Assembly: GCF_006345805.1 (NCBI RefSeq)
Contig: NC_043003.1
Coordinates: 92,938,001 to 93,002,000 of the forward strand
Source of the DNA: Octopus sinensis
Taxonomy: Eukaryota
DNA length: 64,000 nt
Reading direction: 5' to 3'
Shown: one piece after another, positions 48,355 through 61,346 of the stretch
Numbering within the stretch: position 1 is the first letter of the stretch
How the letters are laid out: each line of letters begins with the position of its first letter
Translations under genes and position numbers: made by a program
Notes under the pieces: model-generated
What the model saw: only the letters and a program-made list of their open reading frames with translations
What the model was told of the DNA's origin: nothing
The model's database searches: none

Positions 48355-48654
48355 TAATAATAATAATAATGAAATTATTGTATACAGTGCTCAGGTGCAC
48401 CACAACTTGTCAAAAGTGCGTATAGAGTATATGCAGTAATGTACAAATGTCTGGAAAGCGAACAGTGTATGAGTCAGATACATGCTTGTGTGTGTATGGA
48501 GGGGAGAAAATCAGGTGTAGTGTTGGCGAATCTCAGGAAGCATGGAAGTTTTGAAGGATGCAGTGCTCCGACAACTAACAACTGATGCCGGCAGTTTGTT
48601 CAATGCTTCAGCAACTCTTAGCATGAAAAAATGTTTCCTAAAGTCATGGGAGCC
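48355..48654 (-). mobile_element. CR1-clade LINE 3' end with (ATT)n tail
   Basis: Minus strand FFMLRVAEALNKLPASVVSCRSTASFK matches the CR1 C-terminal FF..RV...WN.LP..VV...S...FK pattern. The same tail appears at 63543-63590. Confidence 0.82.
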
Positions 48655-49154
48655 GTTAGAGGCCTGCAAAACTTTAAGTCATATAGAATTGGATCAAACT
48701 ATTTTAAATAACATAAGTTTTTACAAAGAAAAGCTTATTGACTGTAACTTCAAAATTTTGGTTTGATTGCCATCATTGAAATGCCATGAGCCAAAACTTT
48801 CAAGCCACTGTCAAACTTTACTTTGTAAAAATTAAAAATATGAACTATACTGAAAACTATTGAGTTCTCCTTGAGTTTAATTTAAATTTTGTTCATGTGT
48901 AACTTGACATAAACACAAACACTCACACACATACACACACACATATATATGTATAAATAGAGAGAACAAGAGTACTATACTATGTTTATAAGTAGTTATA
49001 TGAACGAAGTAAATAGTAACTAATATGCTGGCACATTAATTAAGTTTATTATAGCTAAAATTGACTACACTTTTCATGTTCATTGAAAGTTTTGCATCAA
49101 CATTTTTCATCATAAAACATGAAGTAATGTAAATGGAGTTAATTTTAGCAAAAT

Positions 49155-49185
<31 letters not shown>

Positions 49186-49257
49186 CCTACATAAGAATTT
49201 TTTTTGTGTAATAAAAAAACAAGGTTGTATAGATATTAGAGCATTTATAGATTGAAG

Positions 49258-49309
49258 GTCTTACAGCTGTTTCTAGGATATTAATTAATAATATCCCTTC
49301 ATCAGAGAC
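49258..49309 (-). ncRNA. Type I hammerhead ribozyme motif in a Penelope-like tail (about 49195-49380)
   Basis: GUCU-CUGAUGA-A GGGAUAUUA UUAAU UAAUAUCCU A-GAAAC-AGCU-GUA^AGAC. 9-bp stem II with an A.A mismatch at its base; palindromic stem III ACAGCUGU. Confidence 0.7.
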
Positions 49310-50644
49310 GGTGTGAGAGGAAAATTAAGTCATATAGCACTTATTCAGCATTACCTGACACCTTTGGGTCTCAATAACACCATTATATATATATACATAC
49401 ATATAATATACATACACATGTATATATATATATATATATACATGTGTATGTATATTAATTTTGATTACCAGAAGTTAGAGCTACTTTAAGCTACTCTTGT
49501 AACATTTGTTGATTAGATATAATAAAAAATACCTATAGATATGCATTTAAGTTCTATTCATCTTGTTTGCTCAACAAGCCTATATGTATATATATATATC
49601 GATGTTTGTTTTTTTATATCAAGTTATAATAAAAACAATTTAACATTAGACTGAAGGATTACTCAATACTCTTGTAAAAGTGCATATTTATTATAATTTA
49701 CAAGAATAGTGGAGACAGTAACATCAAAGTTTCAACCTGCTGGCCTTTTTTGGATTGTCTGATCAAAGCTAGAAAGTTGATATTTCAAAGTCACTCTTAT
49801 CACTATTCTTGTAAATGCATAATTTTATACACACACACATGATGGATATACAGATATTCTCTGTATACACTTAGTGGTACTCAAAAGATTTAAACTTGGG
49901 GGTATAGAAATAAATTTAGGGATAAGCAAGTTAGAAGATCAATGTATAGAGTATATTAAATACATGAAATACAAAAATGTGTGTATATGTATAAATATAG
50001 AAAGGTCCAACTTACAGGAAAAGTTCCATATAGAGATAGGGATCTCAGTCAGACCTTTTTTATATATATACATATATACATTCTTTGTATTTCATTTATC
50101 TAATATACTTTACATATAGATCTGTCTAACTTGCTTATACCTACATTTAATTCTATATATATGATGTATGTATATATCTGTGTATGTATATACACACGCA
50201 CACACATTTGTATGTATGTATTATGCACAGAAATAGGGCAAAACAAAATTCTGATATAAAAGATGATTATGATGATGACAATAATAAAATAATGCATAGA
50301 GTTTATCTGACTCTAGCCATTTTATTTAAAGTATTGAGCATATTTTTACCCTAAGAAATTCCACACCAATCTTTTTTTTTTTTTTCCCCTTTTCACAAGT
50401 TCATGAAATTGGCATTTCTTTCTTATATAATGTTTTGTCCTTTTGTTCCATATTTTCCCCTTTGACTAAAATTGGTAAATCAATTAATAGTCAAAAACAG
50501 AGCAGATGACTACGTACCTCCTCACAAGTATTTTAGTCCCATTGCTCTACTAAGTTATGAAGTCTCGTCAGAGTCAACTTTGCCTTTCATCCCAATGTGA
50601 CCAATAAAATAAATACCTGTAAAATACTGGTGTCTATACACTTG

Positions 50645-50677
<33 letters not shown>

Positions 50678-50969
50678 TCTCCTCTATAAAACTGGCCTTG
50701 TACCTAAGAAAGAAATCAATATTTTTCTCTCACTAAATCTTTGAAATAAATCACCTGTTTTTTTTCCCCTAACTTTGTAATCGATGTAAATACAGTTTTT
50801 CTTTTTTGTTGTTATTTTTATACCTAAATCTATTGTAGTTGAATTCTATCACTATTGTTACATTACCTGTAGCATATTTTGATAAAAATGTAAATACTTT
50901 CTTTTATCCATGATAAAGTACTCAAAGCATTTTCTTTTTTTTTAATATATAAATATATATATATATATA

Positions 50970-51598
50970 TATGAGGGGAAGTTAAAAATTATCCACATTT
51001 TCACCATATCTTTATTATTGTGTCACAAGGCCTCCTGCACATATGTGCTTATACTTGGTACTACTGTGGTCACATGATTGAAATTTGAGCCTAATCGCAT
51101 CATTTTTCTTTCTGGCTTTACAGTGTAGGCATGGCTGCTCCACTAGGAATGTGCACCAATGCAGAACAAAGAGCAGTGATCCGATTTCTCTGGTCGGAAG
51201 ATGTGACAGGTGCTGGAATTCATAGGAGGCTTTTAGCACAATACTGGGACAGTGCACTACTGAGTAGAAATCTGTGTGGGAGTGGACTGAAACCTGACAC
51301 ACAAAGAGGTAGCAGGACGCCCATCAACCTCCACCACTGACGAGAAGATTCAGCTAGCTTGAACAGGTTCCCCATTACCATCTCTCGGATCACTCCTCTT
51401 TGTTCTTCTTTGGTGCACATTGCTAGTGGAATGGCCATGCTTACACTGTAAAGCCAGAAAGGAAAATGGCACAATCAGGCTCAAACTTCGATCTAATGAC
51501 CACAATAGTACCAACTATAAGCATGCACAAAAGGCAGTGTGACAATAATTAAGATATGTTATGGCAAAAGTGCGGATAATTTTTGACTTACCCTCATA
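50970..51598. mobile_element. Mariner-derived MITE made of two 5' ends head-to-head
   Basis: TIRs TATGAGGG(G/T)AAGT(T/C)AAAAATTATCC. Each half encodes the start of a transposase (MAAPLGMCTNAEQRAVIR on +, MAIPLAMCTKEEQRGVIR on -). Confidence 0.9.
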
Positions 51599-53258
51599 TA
51601 TAGGTATTGTTACCATTTTAATCCCCATCTCTGTTTAGTTGGTTGCACACCCAAATGTATGGTATCTTAACACTATACAACAAAATTATTCATTTGTTAA
51701 ATGATATATAAACGTTTTCAGCAAAATTGATGTAATATACTGTAGATCAAACAAAATAATTAATTCTGTATAATAATATATGTAATTAAATTAAATATTT
51801 TGAAAACTAACCTAGAATCAAAGAAAAAGAATAAACACATGCTTTTATTTTAAAATTAAGTGTGGATGCAAATACAAATGGCACACACCACAGAATATTA
51901 AAATTGGATGTTAATTTTTTTTTTTTTTAGAATTCTATGTCACATACATTGTTTGTATTTGCATCCATGGGTTCATTTAAAATATATAATTTTATGGTTA
52001 AAACTCCTATGAATATCATCTGATAACTAATTTATGTTTTCAGACAATTTGAGTTTCCTGAATATAGAATGCAGTCAAGTTTATAAACTATTTAATTAGA
52101 ATATTTACAAACTATATAAATATACAGGATTAATCATCCATCTAATGATGTAGATTTGCCAAAAAAAGTTTAGTAAACAATTTATTTGATTACCACAGAA
52201 TAAATGAGAAATCTATTTCTATTATACACTGATATAGTTGGACACTTGTTCTCACTACGTGTCAGCTGTTGTGCTCTGTAGCTCTCCTCTGGTGCCTGTC
52301 ATACTGAGTAATCCTTTATAAATCCATGAGGAAGGATTGTTCTAATTTTGTTGTCCATACCAGGATGTACTCCATTTCTCTTGCTTGTACCATTGCTTAC
52401 TCTTCTACTTGAACCAGGGTATATACCGAATGACTAACCCAGGAACTAAGCACATACCCATTAGCTGAATCACCCCACTTAACATTTATATTTACTTTCC
52501 CATTGTTCTGTAAGGTAATTAGATAATGGCAATTAGGAGCTTTAAAACCTAACTTTTTATTAAGTCAATAGGTTTAATGCTTTTTTTTCTTCTTTTATTA
52601 ATAACTCTCATACGGTGTTCATCTCTACACTAACCTTATTCAAGTGGTTATGTGGTTATCAAGAATATGCATTAATTCTCTTAGTTTGCTTATTTTCAGT
52701 GTTGTTTTCTATTATTTTTTTGATTTGATTCCACAAGGGTGATCTTACATTGGAGGCATTTTGGAAAATTTCAGAAGTGCTGTGGAAGAAACACCGACGG
52801 GATAGTATTGAAAGTAGGTTTAATCTTGTGGGATATCTCTTTCAAACAAAACCTCCACCAGGAGAGATCATGATTCAGAGACCAAGAATTCTGTGTGTTC
52901 CATCTCATGCAGCTGTGGTAATGAATGGAAACATGAAACCAAATGCCTCCTAAAAGTAAGGCTAGAAGAATATCATAAACCTGTAACCTGTAGGGTGACA
53001 GAAAAATTGGATATGGATAATCATTTATTGGGTTAAAAAGGAGGTCAGAAATCCTTGTGGAAGTAAGTCAGGATAATAGGAACTGAGATTTGAAAATAGG
53101 ATGACTAAAAGAAACAGTGCATATACAAAGCCTAGATAACCTCTTCAGTAGGCCTAGCATAGAGATGAATGCTCTATAGAAGTTTCTAATTAAGAAGAAA
53201 GAAATCTATGACCATAAAGGAAAGTGAAACTTAAAGCTCTTAATATCTATAAACTAAC

Positions 53259-53720
53259 TAAGGTGGTGAACTGGTAGAATTGTTAGTATGCCAGGCAAAA
53301 TGCTTAGTGGTATTTCACCAGGCAGTGAGCTGGCAGAATCATTAGCATGCCGGGCGAAATGCCTAACCATATTTCGTCTGCTGTTACGTTCTGAGTTCAA
53401 ATTCCGCCAAGGTCGACTTTGCCTTTCATCTTTTCAGGGTCGATAAATTAAGTACCAGTTACGCACTGGGATCGATGTAATCGACTTAATCCGTGTGTCT
53501 GTCCTTGTTTGTCCACTCTGTGTTTAGCCCCTTGTGGGTAGTAAAGAAATAGGTATTTCACCTGTCTCTATGATCTGAGTTCAAATTCCACCAAGGTTGA
53601 CTTTGCCTTTCATTATTTAGGAGTCGATGAAATAATTACCATTTGATCAGTGTGGGCGATGTAATCAACTTAGCCCCTCCACTGGAATTGCTTGCTTTGT
53701 GCCAAAATTTGAAATCAATA
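53259..53720 (+). mobile_element. Older SINE with a younger family A SINE (53320-53551) nested inside
   Basis: Duplicated GGTATTTCACC at 53309-53319 and 53552-53562. Confidence 0.88.
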
Positions 53721-54868
53721 TCTATAATCTCAGGACAGTTTGATATTGAATATAAAGAATGACTAAATGCCAAATGATAAATGAAGTGATTAGCATGAGT
53801 TTAATCCGGTCAAGCCATATTTACTCAGGTTCATTTAGACCAGGTAAGTGATATCATAAATACAAGAATAAATGATAGGAAAATGTCTTTGGTATTAATA
53901 AGGGAATGAAAACAACCTTCCCTTGAGGATTTAATTAATGGTTCAGACAGAAATTCCAAAAATGTTACCAATGCAAGACAGCTGAAAAGGCCTAGAGAGT
54001 GTAGGGGTCATAGTGTTGTGACTAATATGAGAACACTAGTTTGAATATATTAATAAATAATAATGATAATTCTTCATCTCAGGAATTCAGATGAAATTTA
54101 TTTCTGTATATGACTGCATATTTGGTCTTTATTGCTTCAAAATCATGTTTGGGATGGTGGGGTTAATCGTAAAGTAGATCTAGAACAAGACTAAATATAT
54201 GTTTTTATACATAGTAATTTTACCAAACACACAGTGTCTTTGTTTATTTTTGAGTTTTAATCTCACCCATTCCCTAAAAAAATATCATTTTATATGTTTT
54301 AGTATACTAATATTAATATTATATGATATATACATATATATATCTCATTGGTGAGTGCCAAAATACAGGGGTAAGTTCTCAGCAAACCAACCTTACAATT
54401 TGATTTTCATTTTACAGCTAAAACTTTTTCTTCTTTACTTACATCACTGGTACCCATAATAAAAATACAATTGCAGAACCACAGTCAGCCAGTTCTCACA
54501 TAAACAGAATGTAGTTTTACAGGCGAAACTGCTTTACTTCATTAACATTATGGATATTTTAGGAAGGGACACAAAAGTCTAACTCTCTCTCTCTGATAAC
54601 AAATCTTAGAAACAAATATTATATAATTAGTAATTGTTTGCTTTTTATTCTAATTAGTTTTATCTATAATAAATTAAACGTTTCCAACGTCAACTATGAC
54701 TTTCTCACTCAGAACAATAAAATAACAATTTTATACTGAAAGTGAATCTAAATTACTTTGCCCCCCCCCCACCTCCTCATCATCACCCTATACTCACAAA
54801 ACCTGGCCAATATTACTTGTAGGAAGGGCGATAACTGTGCAGAAAATGATTTAGAATATTTAGTTTCA

Positions 54869-55101
54869 AGGCGGCGAGCTGGCAGAACCGTTCGCACACC
54901 GGGCGAAATGTGTGGCCGTATTTCGTCTGCCGTTACGCTGTGAGTTCAAATTCCGCCGAGGTCGACTTTGCCTTTCATCCTTATGGGGTCGATTAAATAA
55001 AGTACCAGTTGTGCACTGGGGTCAATATAATCGACTTAATCCGTTTGTCTGACCTTGTTTGTCCCCTCTATGTTTAGCCCCTTGTGGGTAATACAGAAAC
55101 A
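54869..55101 (+). mobile_element. SINE family A, full copy
   Basis: 14-bp TSD AATATTTAGTTTCA at 54855-54868 and 55102-55115. Confidence 0.93.
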
Positions 55102-55837
55102 AATATTTAGTTTCATTCCTTTCTTTTTCGTTTAAAAAGAGAGTTGAGTTGGCTTTTCATTCATTCATTCATTTATTCATTCATTCATTAATTCATTTCA
55201 GATCAAAATAACTAAATACACCATAATTAATTTGATCAAAATCTAAATTTTCCATAACAAAAATTTCTCTTTATTTATTTCTTCTTGTGAAAAATCCAAT
55301 TTTACCTTTGGATATCTATCTTTGAAACACTGCAATTATAAGAAGAAAACAATTATTAGAAGCATTATAATGATAATTGAATGAACTATGAGAATACAAT
55401 TAATATTTACAAAATTGTGAAAGAACAAAGTCAAGAATCTGTTCATTGTAAATTATTTCACAAGAAATATGGAAAAAAAACTGATGGACATTGTAAAAAG
55501 ATAAACAAAACCACATACACAAATAACAACAACAACAACAACAACAACAACAATAATAATAATAATAATAAACTGCAGCTATTAAAGCATGCATTTATGA
55601 AGTATTCTAAATTCTTTGGCAAATTTTTCTATTTGAAAATAATAAATGTATCAAGAAAGAACAAAGACTTTTCCAGAGCCATATGCTCATAAGGCCAGGT
55701 TTCCTAGATTCTATGGTGTGTATATTCTCCTCCAGTCAGTCCATTGCAGGATTACTCACAAGAGCACAACAAATCACCTGGTCCAGGAATTGAAACCACA
55801 ATTTTATGATACCTTAACCACTGTGCAACACACCTCC

Positions 55838-55882
<45 letters not shown>

Positions 55883-55920
55883 CAACAACAAATGACTTAG
55901 TTCTAAACTGCAGCCATTAA

Positions 55921-56170
55921 CCCTTTCGATACTGTATTTCGATACTGTATTTATTTTGATACTGTATTTATTTTGAGATGTTCTGTGTTTCTTTCAATTA
56001 CTTTAAGTATGACAAAGAATTTAGTAAAATAACTTAGTTATCATTCAGCTAGTGTTAGGAACATAAATTGTAACTAAGGTTTGGTGGAAGATTTTAATTC
56101 AAAACTTATGAAAACAAGACATTTGTACCCAGAGCCAGAGCTGGTTTCAGTCGGGTTGGTAACGAAAGGG
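55921..56170. mobile_element. piggyBac-type MITE (250 bp)
   Basis: TTAA TSD on both sides; termini CCCTTTCG / CGAAAGGG. Confidence 0.88.
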
Positions 56171-57288
56171 TTAAAGCATGCATTTATGAAGTTTTCTAAA
56201 CTTTAGCTAATTTTTCTTTTTGGAAATACTTATTTATTTTTTCATTACTTAAATTAATGTATAATATGGCAAATTTTATGAGATTTGTTTTGTTTAGTTC
56301 TTTTTCCCCTCCTTTTCTTATCAATTCTGTAGATTGTAGCAGGGTTATGACCAAATTGAAACTTAAATTTATGTACATCTAATAGAAATAAAATCCATGC
56401 TGACACACTCACTGTTAGAGTTTATTTTCTGAATTGTCTTGTAAAAATTAAATTGACACTCTGAGTGTATGCTCTGAGTTTGTGGCAACTATGGGACTTT
56501 TCTTGAGTTTACTGTGTTTAAATGCAAAGTATACAAATCTATATTGCTTTAGTTCATCTAACCACTGTGCATAACAACCAGATCATTAACAGATATTACA
56601 CTGTGTAGCAAAATTTAATTTATTTTTCTTTTGTTTTTGGTCAGTAAGTGTTATTTCCTATTTGCTTCTATCTAGAAATCATAGGGAATGACTTATTTAG
56701 TATTCCCTTCAAACTTTGCTTTTGTGACCTGGACATCAGTATTTTGAAACTAACTTATTTTCCATTATATTTCAGACAGATTCAGTACTGAGTTACCGAA
56801 ACAGAAATATTGTTATAGTAAATATTCTTGCTCAATACCACAGATTTGCTTGTCAGTTGTTTAACCTTAACCACTTGAGCATGTCCATTAGTAGCCGACA
56901 ATATGTGCATCTTTGATCACGAGCAAGAGTAGTGGCGGAGCATCATATCCATGTGTTAAGAGGAATTCTTTGGGGTTTGAATAAATGTAACAAAAGCAAA
57001 GTTTGAAGCAAATATTCGCCATTTTTCATACTTTTTAGGGGCAAGCAAATAGGAAATAACAGTTGCTACCCAAGGACAAAAATTGTGTTACACAGGTTTT
57101 TCTATGGTACCCTCTGCAAAGGATATGGTCTTTACAGATGAGTGGCTGGTGGTAGCAAAACCAATCAACTGTAAAAGCTATTGTTTGTTCATTTTCTTTT
57201 ATAACTATTTTTCCATGTTAGAAATGGTTAGATGTATTACTGAGGCATAGTTTTATAATCAGATGCTTTTTTTGTCATTAATCCTTAC

Positions 57289-57375
57289 CTGTTTTTCAAG
57301 GGCTTGCTAATTTCATGTTTCTTTGAAAGTGCAAAACCAGCTGATGATTTGCTGACAGAATTGATGGCAGCAACA
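57289..57375 (-). CDS. Candidate 87-nt phase-2/2 coding exon of an unidentified minus-strand gene
   Basis: Acceptor AATAAGCAG|, strong donor CAG|GTAAGG, single open frame (S)VAAINSVSKSSAGFALSKKHEISKPLKN. No family recognised. Confidence 0.35.
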
Positions 57376-57504
57376 CTGCTTATTGTGAGCAAATTTTGAA
57401 GAGAGCAAACGTAAACAAACACACATGCACATACACACATCATGCTTATATATAACCTTTTGCTTTTACTTGTTTCAATAGACACACAGGCAACTAGATA
57501 GATA

Positions 57505-57835
57505 TAAGGACATCAACAGATGGACAGACAGACAGACAGGTGGACAAATAAACAGATAAATAGACAGACAGATGGATAAATAGACAGACAGATAAATAAA
57601 CAGACAAATAGACAGACAGACAGACAAATAAACAAACAACTAGATAGAGAGAGAGAGAGAGACAGACAAATAAACAAACAACTAGATAGAGAGAGACAGA
57701 CAAATAAACAAACAACTACATAGGGACAGACAGACAGACAAATAGACAGATAGAAAGATAGACAAGCAGGCAGGCAGACAGACAGATAGACAGGCTGGCA
57801 GGCAGGCAGATAGACAGAGAAGTATAGATAGATAC
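57505..57835. repeat. Compound (GACA)/(GATA) tetranucleotide field with ~35-bp higher-order units
   Basis: GACAGACAAATAAACAAACAACTA repeated three times. Confidence 0.9.
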
Positions 57836-57996
57836 AAATCTGTACATGAGAAACTGTTTTCAGTTTCTGTCAACCAAATTCACTCTCAAGGCTTTCGTCA
57901 ATCTGGTTTTATAGTAGCAGAAGCTTGTACAAAATGTTGTACTGTGGGACTAAACCAGAAACCACAAGGTTGGGAAATTTACTTCTTAACCATACA

Positions 57997-58049
<53 letters not shown>

Positions 58050-58182
58050 TATATAATAATAATAATAATATTAGGGAGTAAATCCAAACTTACAGGGAAA
58101 AATTAGATTTAGGATTAAATCTAATTTTACAGTATAAATATATATATTAAATTGATTTGCCTAATAGTGGTTTTATCTCTAA

Positions 58183-58210
<28 letters not shown>

Positions 58211-58218
<8 letters not shown>

Positions 58219-58480
58219 TAGAGGGAAACCACTATGTGGACACCTTTATGCTAGAAATAGATCCGCTATGGTCTAACCACTAAGAAATGTGCTCAAGAAA
58301 AATTTAGCAAATTTAGTATGCGAATAATCCATATTTTTATTGCTTTTTCTTTTGTCTTGCTTGAGTATGTTTTGGTTGTTTTGCTAAATTTTTCTTGAAA
58401 ACATTTCTTAGTGGTGAGACCATAGCAGATCTATTTCTAGCATAAGGGTGTCCACATAGTGGTTTCCCTCTAATATGTAT
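58211..58480. repeat. 101-bp inverted repeat (about 5 mismatches) with a 68-nt spacer, TA-flanked; MITE or fold-back
   Basis: Arms 58211-58311 and 58380-58480. Confidence 0.85.
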
Positions 58481-59021
58481 ATAATACAATTTTACTGAAC
58501 CTTCAGTTTTTTTATATGCTAGACCACTGGTGTGAAATCGATGTTAAATTAATATCTAATTTCTCACCCTCGTTTTAAATTTATATATATAAGAACAATA
58601 ATCTTTGGATGAAATTCATAAACATTTAATGCATCACTACGTGTATTTCCACAAATTGCTTGATCATCTTCATGGATTCATTTGTTCAGGTGATTTGTGG
58701 AAATGTGCGTAGTGATGCATTAAATGTTTATATATTCCATCCAAGGCTCATTGTTGTTGTTATTGTTGTTATTATACATGTATATATGAAACATCCCATG
58801 CAGGCATGGATGAAGAAATAGATAAGAAACAGACTAAAAAAACTCTGATGAAGGGTCTACAGGTCTAGAGATAGCACTTGATATAGATTAAATCAAAGTT
58901 TTCCAAGCTAATGTGATTGTTTTACAGATGTCAGTGGATTACAGATGAAACATAATCCTAAAGACTAAAACAATAGCATGTGCATGTCCGTGCATATGTG
59001 TGTGGTGCAGGCTTGATATGA

Positions 59022-59254
59022 AAGGGTGATGAGCTGGCAGAGACGTTAGCGCGCCGGGCGAAATGCTTAGCGGTATTTCGTCTGCCGCTACGTTCTGAGT
59101 TCAAATTCCGCCGAGGTCGACTTTGCCTTTCATCCTTTCGGGGTCGATAAATTAAGTACCAGTTACGCACTGGGGTCAATGTAATCGACTTAATCCGTTT
59201 GTCTGTCCTTGTTTGTCCTCTCTGTGTTTAGCCCCTTGTGGGTAGTAAAGAGAT
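59022..59254 (+). mobile_element. SINE family A, full copy
   Basis: Near-consensus; degenerate TSD AGGCTTG.TATG.AAG. Confidence 0.92.
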
Positions 59255-60254
59255 AGGCTTGTTATGGAAGCATGAAATATAAATTTGAGTAACATATTTT
59301 ATAACAATAATAAAATAGAAGAAAGCAGCAAGCCGGCAGAATTGTTAGCATGCCAGGCAAAACACTTAACAGCATTTTGTCTGTCTTTACGTTCTGAGTT
59401 AAAATTCTATTGAGGTCGACTTTGCCTTTCATTCTTTAGGAGGTTGATAAAATAAGTACCTGTTAAACACTGGAGTCAATGTAACCGATTCACCCACTCC
59501 CTGAAATTGCTAGCCTTGTGCTAAAATTTGAAATTAATAAATGAACCAACTGGAAACTTAACATGTTAACATGTTAAACCACTCTTTTTCTAATTTGGTA
59601 AACTAGGCACTTTGTTTCTAACTAGAAGATAATGAATTAAACTGTACATTCAGACAAGGTACTTTGTTATATTTCTTTAAATAATTTGGTAAAGATGCCT
59701 TACAGCAACAAAGGTTTAAAGCAATAATACCTTTTACCAAGGTAGACAAAATAAATATTGTAAGACACTGGAGAATTCCCTTAAAATTCAAGAAGCTGTT
59801 GAGTTTTTGGTTGTTTTGCTTTGTTTTGATTTTTTTGCTTGTTTTTAAAGAGGCAGGAGACTGTTAAATATTCACAGGCCCTTCTTTGGTTTTATGGTCC
59901 CCAGACCAATATACAAGCTGAACCCTATACCCTGCCACAAGCAAAATGAAAATGAATGCAGTAAATTTTCATTCCATGAAAAAAATCAATTTTACCCAGA
60001 ACTACTTGCTACAAAGGTTAACAGTAAAATAAATAAATGTATAAAAACGAAAAAGAAAAATTTATAACCAGTTTGTACAAATTACCTCAGCTCAGCCCTG
60101 TTTGTATTATGTCAGTACAATCATAATGCACTTCCAAGAAAGAAATTACTTGGCTGTAAGGGAGAAGCATTGTTCAATTGTATAATAATCACACTAAAAA
60201 AAAAATACAAGTTTATACTCACAACTTTAGATTTGAGGTATGCTACTATCTATC

Positions 60255-60556
60255 TGCATGGCACCTTGGGCAAGTGTCTTCTACTATAGCCTCGAGCCAA
60301 CCAAAGCCTTGTGAGTGGATTTTGTAGACGGAAACTGAAAGAAGCCTGTTGTATATATGTATGTGTGTGTTTGTCCCCCCAACATTGCTTAACAACCGAC
60401 GCTGGTGTGTTTACGTCCCCATCACTTAGCGGTTCAGCAAAAAAGACTGATAGAATAAGTACTAGGCTTACAAAGAATAAGTCCTGGGGTTGATTTGCTC
60501 AACTAAAGATGATGCTCCAGCATGGCCACAGTCAAATGACTGAAATGAGTAAAAGA

Positions 60557-60560
<4 letters not shown>
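60255..60560 (+). mobile_element. SINE family B, 5'-truncated
   Basis: GGCACCTTGGGCAAGTGTCTT...GACGGAAACTGAAAGAAGCC...GAGTAAAAGAATA. Confidence 0.88.
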
Positions 60561-60598
<38 letters not shown>

Positions 60599-61121
60599 GA
60601 CTTTACTGTACATCTAGTAAACTAGATGAGACTGAAATGGATCACTGTATCGACCATACTGTCAGATGTTATACACCATTGTCCACAATCATGAGCGTAA
60701 CTACCTAACCACTTGGTCATACACCTTCACTAAACAAGAGCTTTTTATTTTTGAAGGATAATGAAGTAGCATGAGGTGATGGTTCACGTGTCACTGTAAT
60801 TACTATCCTGATATTTTATACTTCAGCTGTGCTTCTTTGCCAATATTACTGATGCTAGATTTTGTAATTGAATATATCTAGCACACATCAAATTACACAA
60901 AATAGTAATATAATTTTACACTAGCAATGCAAATTAAAATACAAGTGGTAACTTTACTCTTCTCTGTCTGTGATGCACTGATGTCTGATACTCAGGAATT
61001 ATACAAAAGACCTTTATTCAACAAAATCTTACATTGCATTATTTCATTTTCCACAGAGTTACTCGGTGGCTATGCCTATCTGCTAACTCCTAGCTGTCTA
61101 ATCAGAATATTAATACTTTCT

Positions 61122-61346
61122 AAGGTGGCGAGCTGACAGACGCGTTAGCACGGTCGGGGCAAAATGCTTAGTGGTGTTTCGTCTGCCGTTATGTTCTGAG
61201 TTCAAATTCTGTTGAAGTCGACATTGCCTTTCTTCCTTTCGGGGTCGATAAGTTAGGTACTGGGGTCGATATAATCGACTTAATCCCTTTGTCTGTCCTT
61301 GTTTGTCCCCTTCTATGTTTGGCCCCCTGTGGGCAATAAAGAAATA
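61122..61346 (+). mobile_element. SINE family A, full copy
   Basis: 16-bp TSD AATATTAATACTTTCT at 61106-61121 and 61347-61362. Confidence 0.92.

Noticed and set aside
52400-52507. Minus-strand exon candidate NNGKVNINVKWGDSANGYVLSSW...
   Set aside because: Several competing donors, and the phase is incompatible with the other candidate exons; not enough support.
52738-52953. Acceptor-like site followed by a ~70-codon open frame (GDLTLEAFWKISEVLWKKH...)
   Set aside because: No recognisable family, no matching upstream coding exon, and flanking DNA looks like decayed TE; kept out of features pending a search.
57338-57375. CTGATGA followed by a 6-bp TTGCTG/CAGCAA stem
   Set aside because: No GAAA after the stem, so not a hammerhead.
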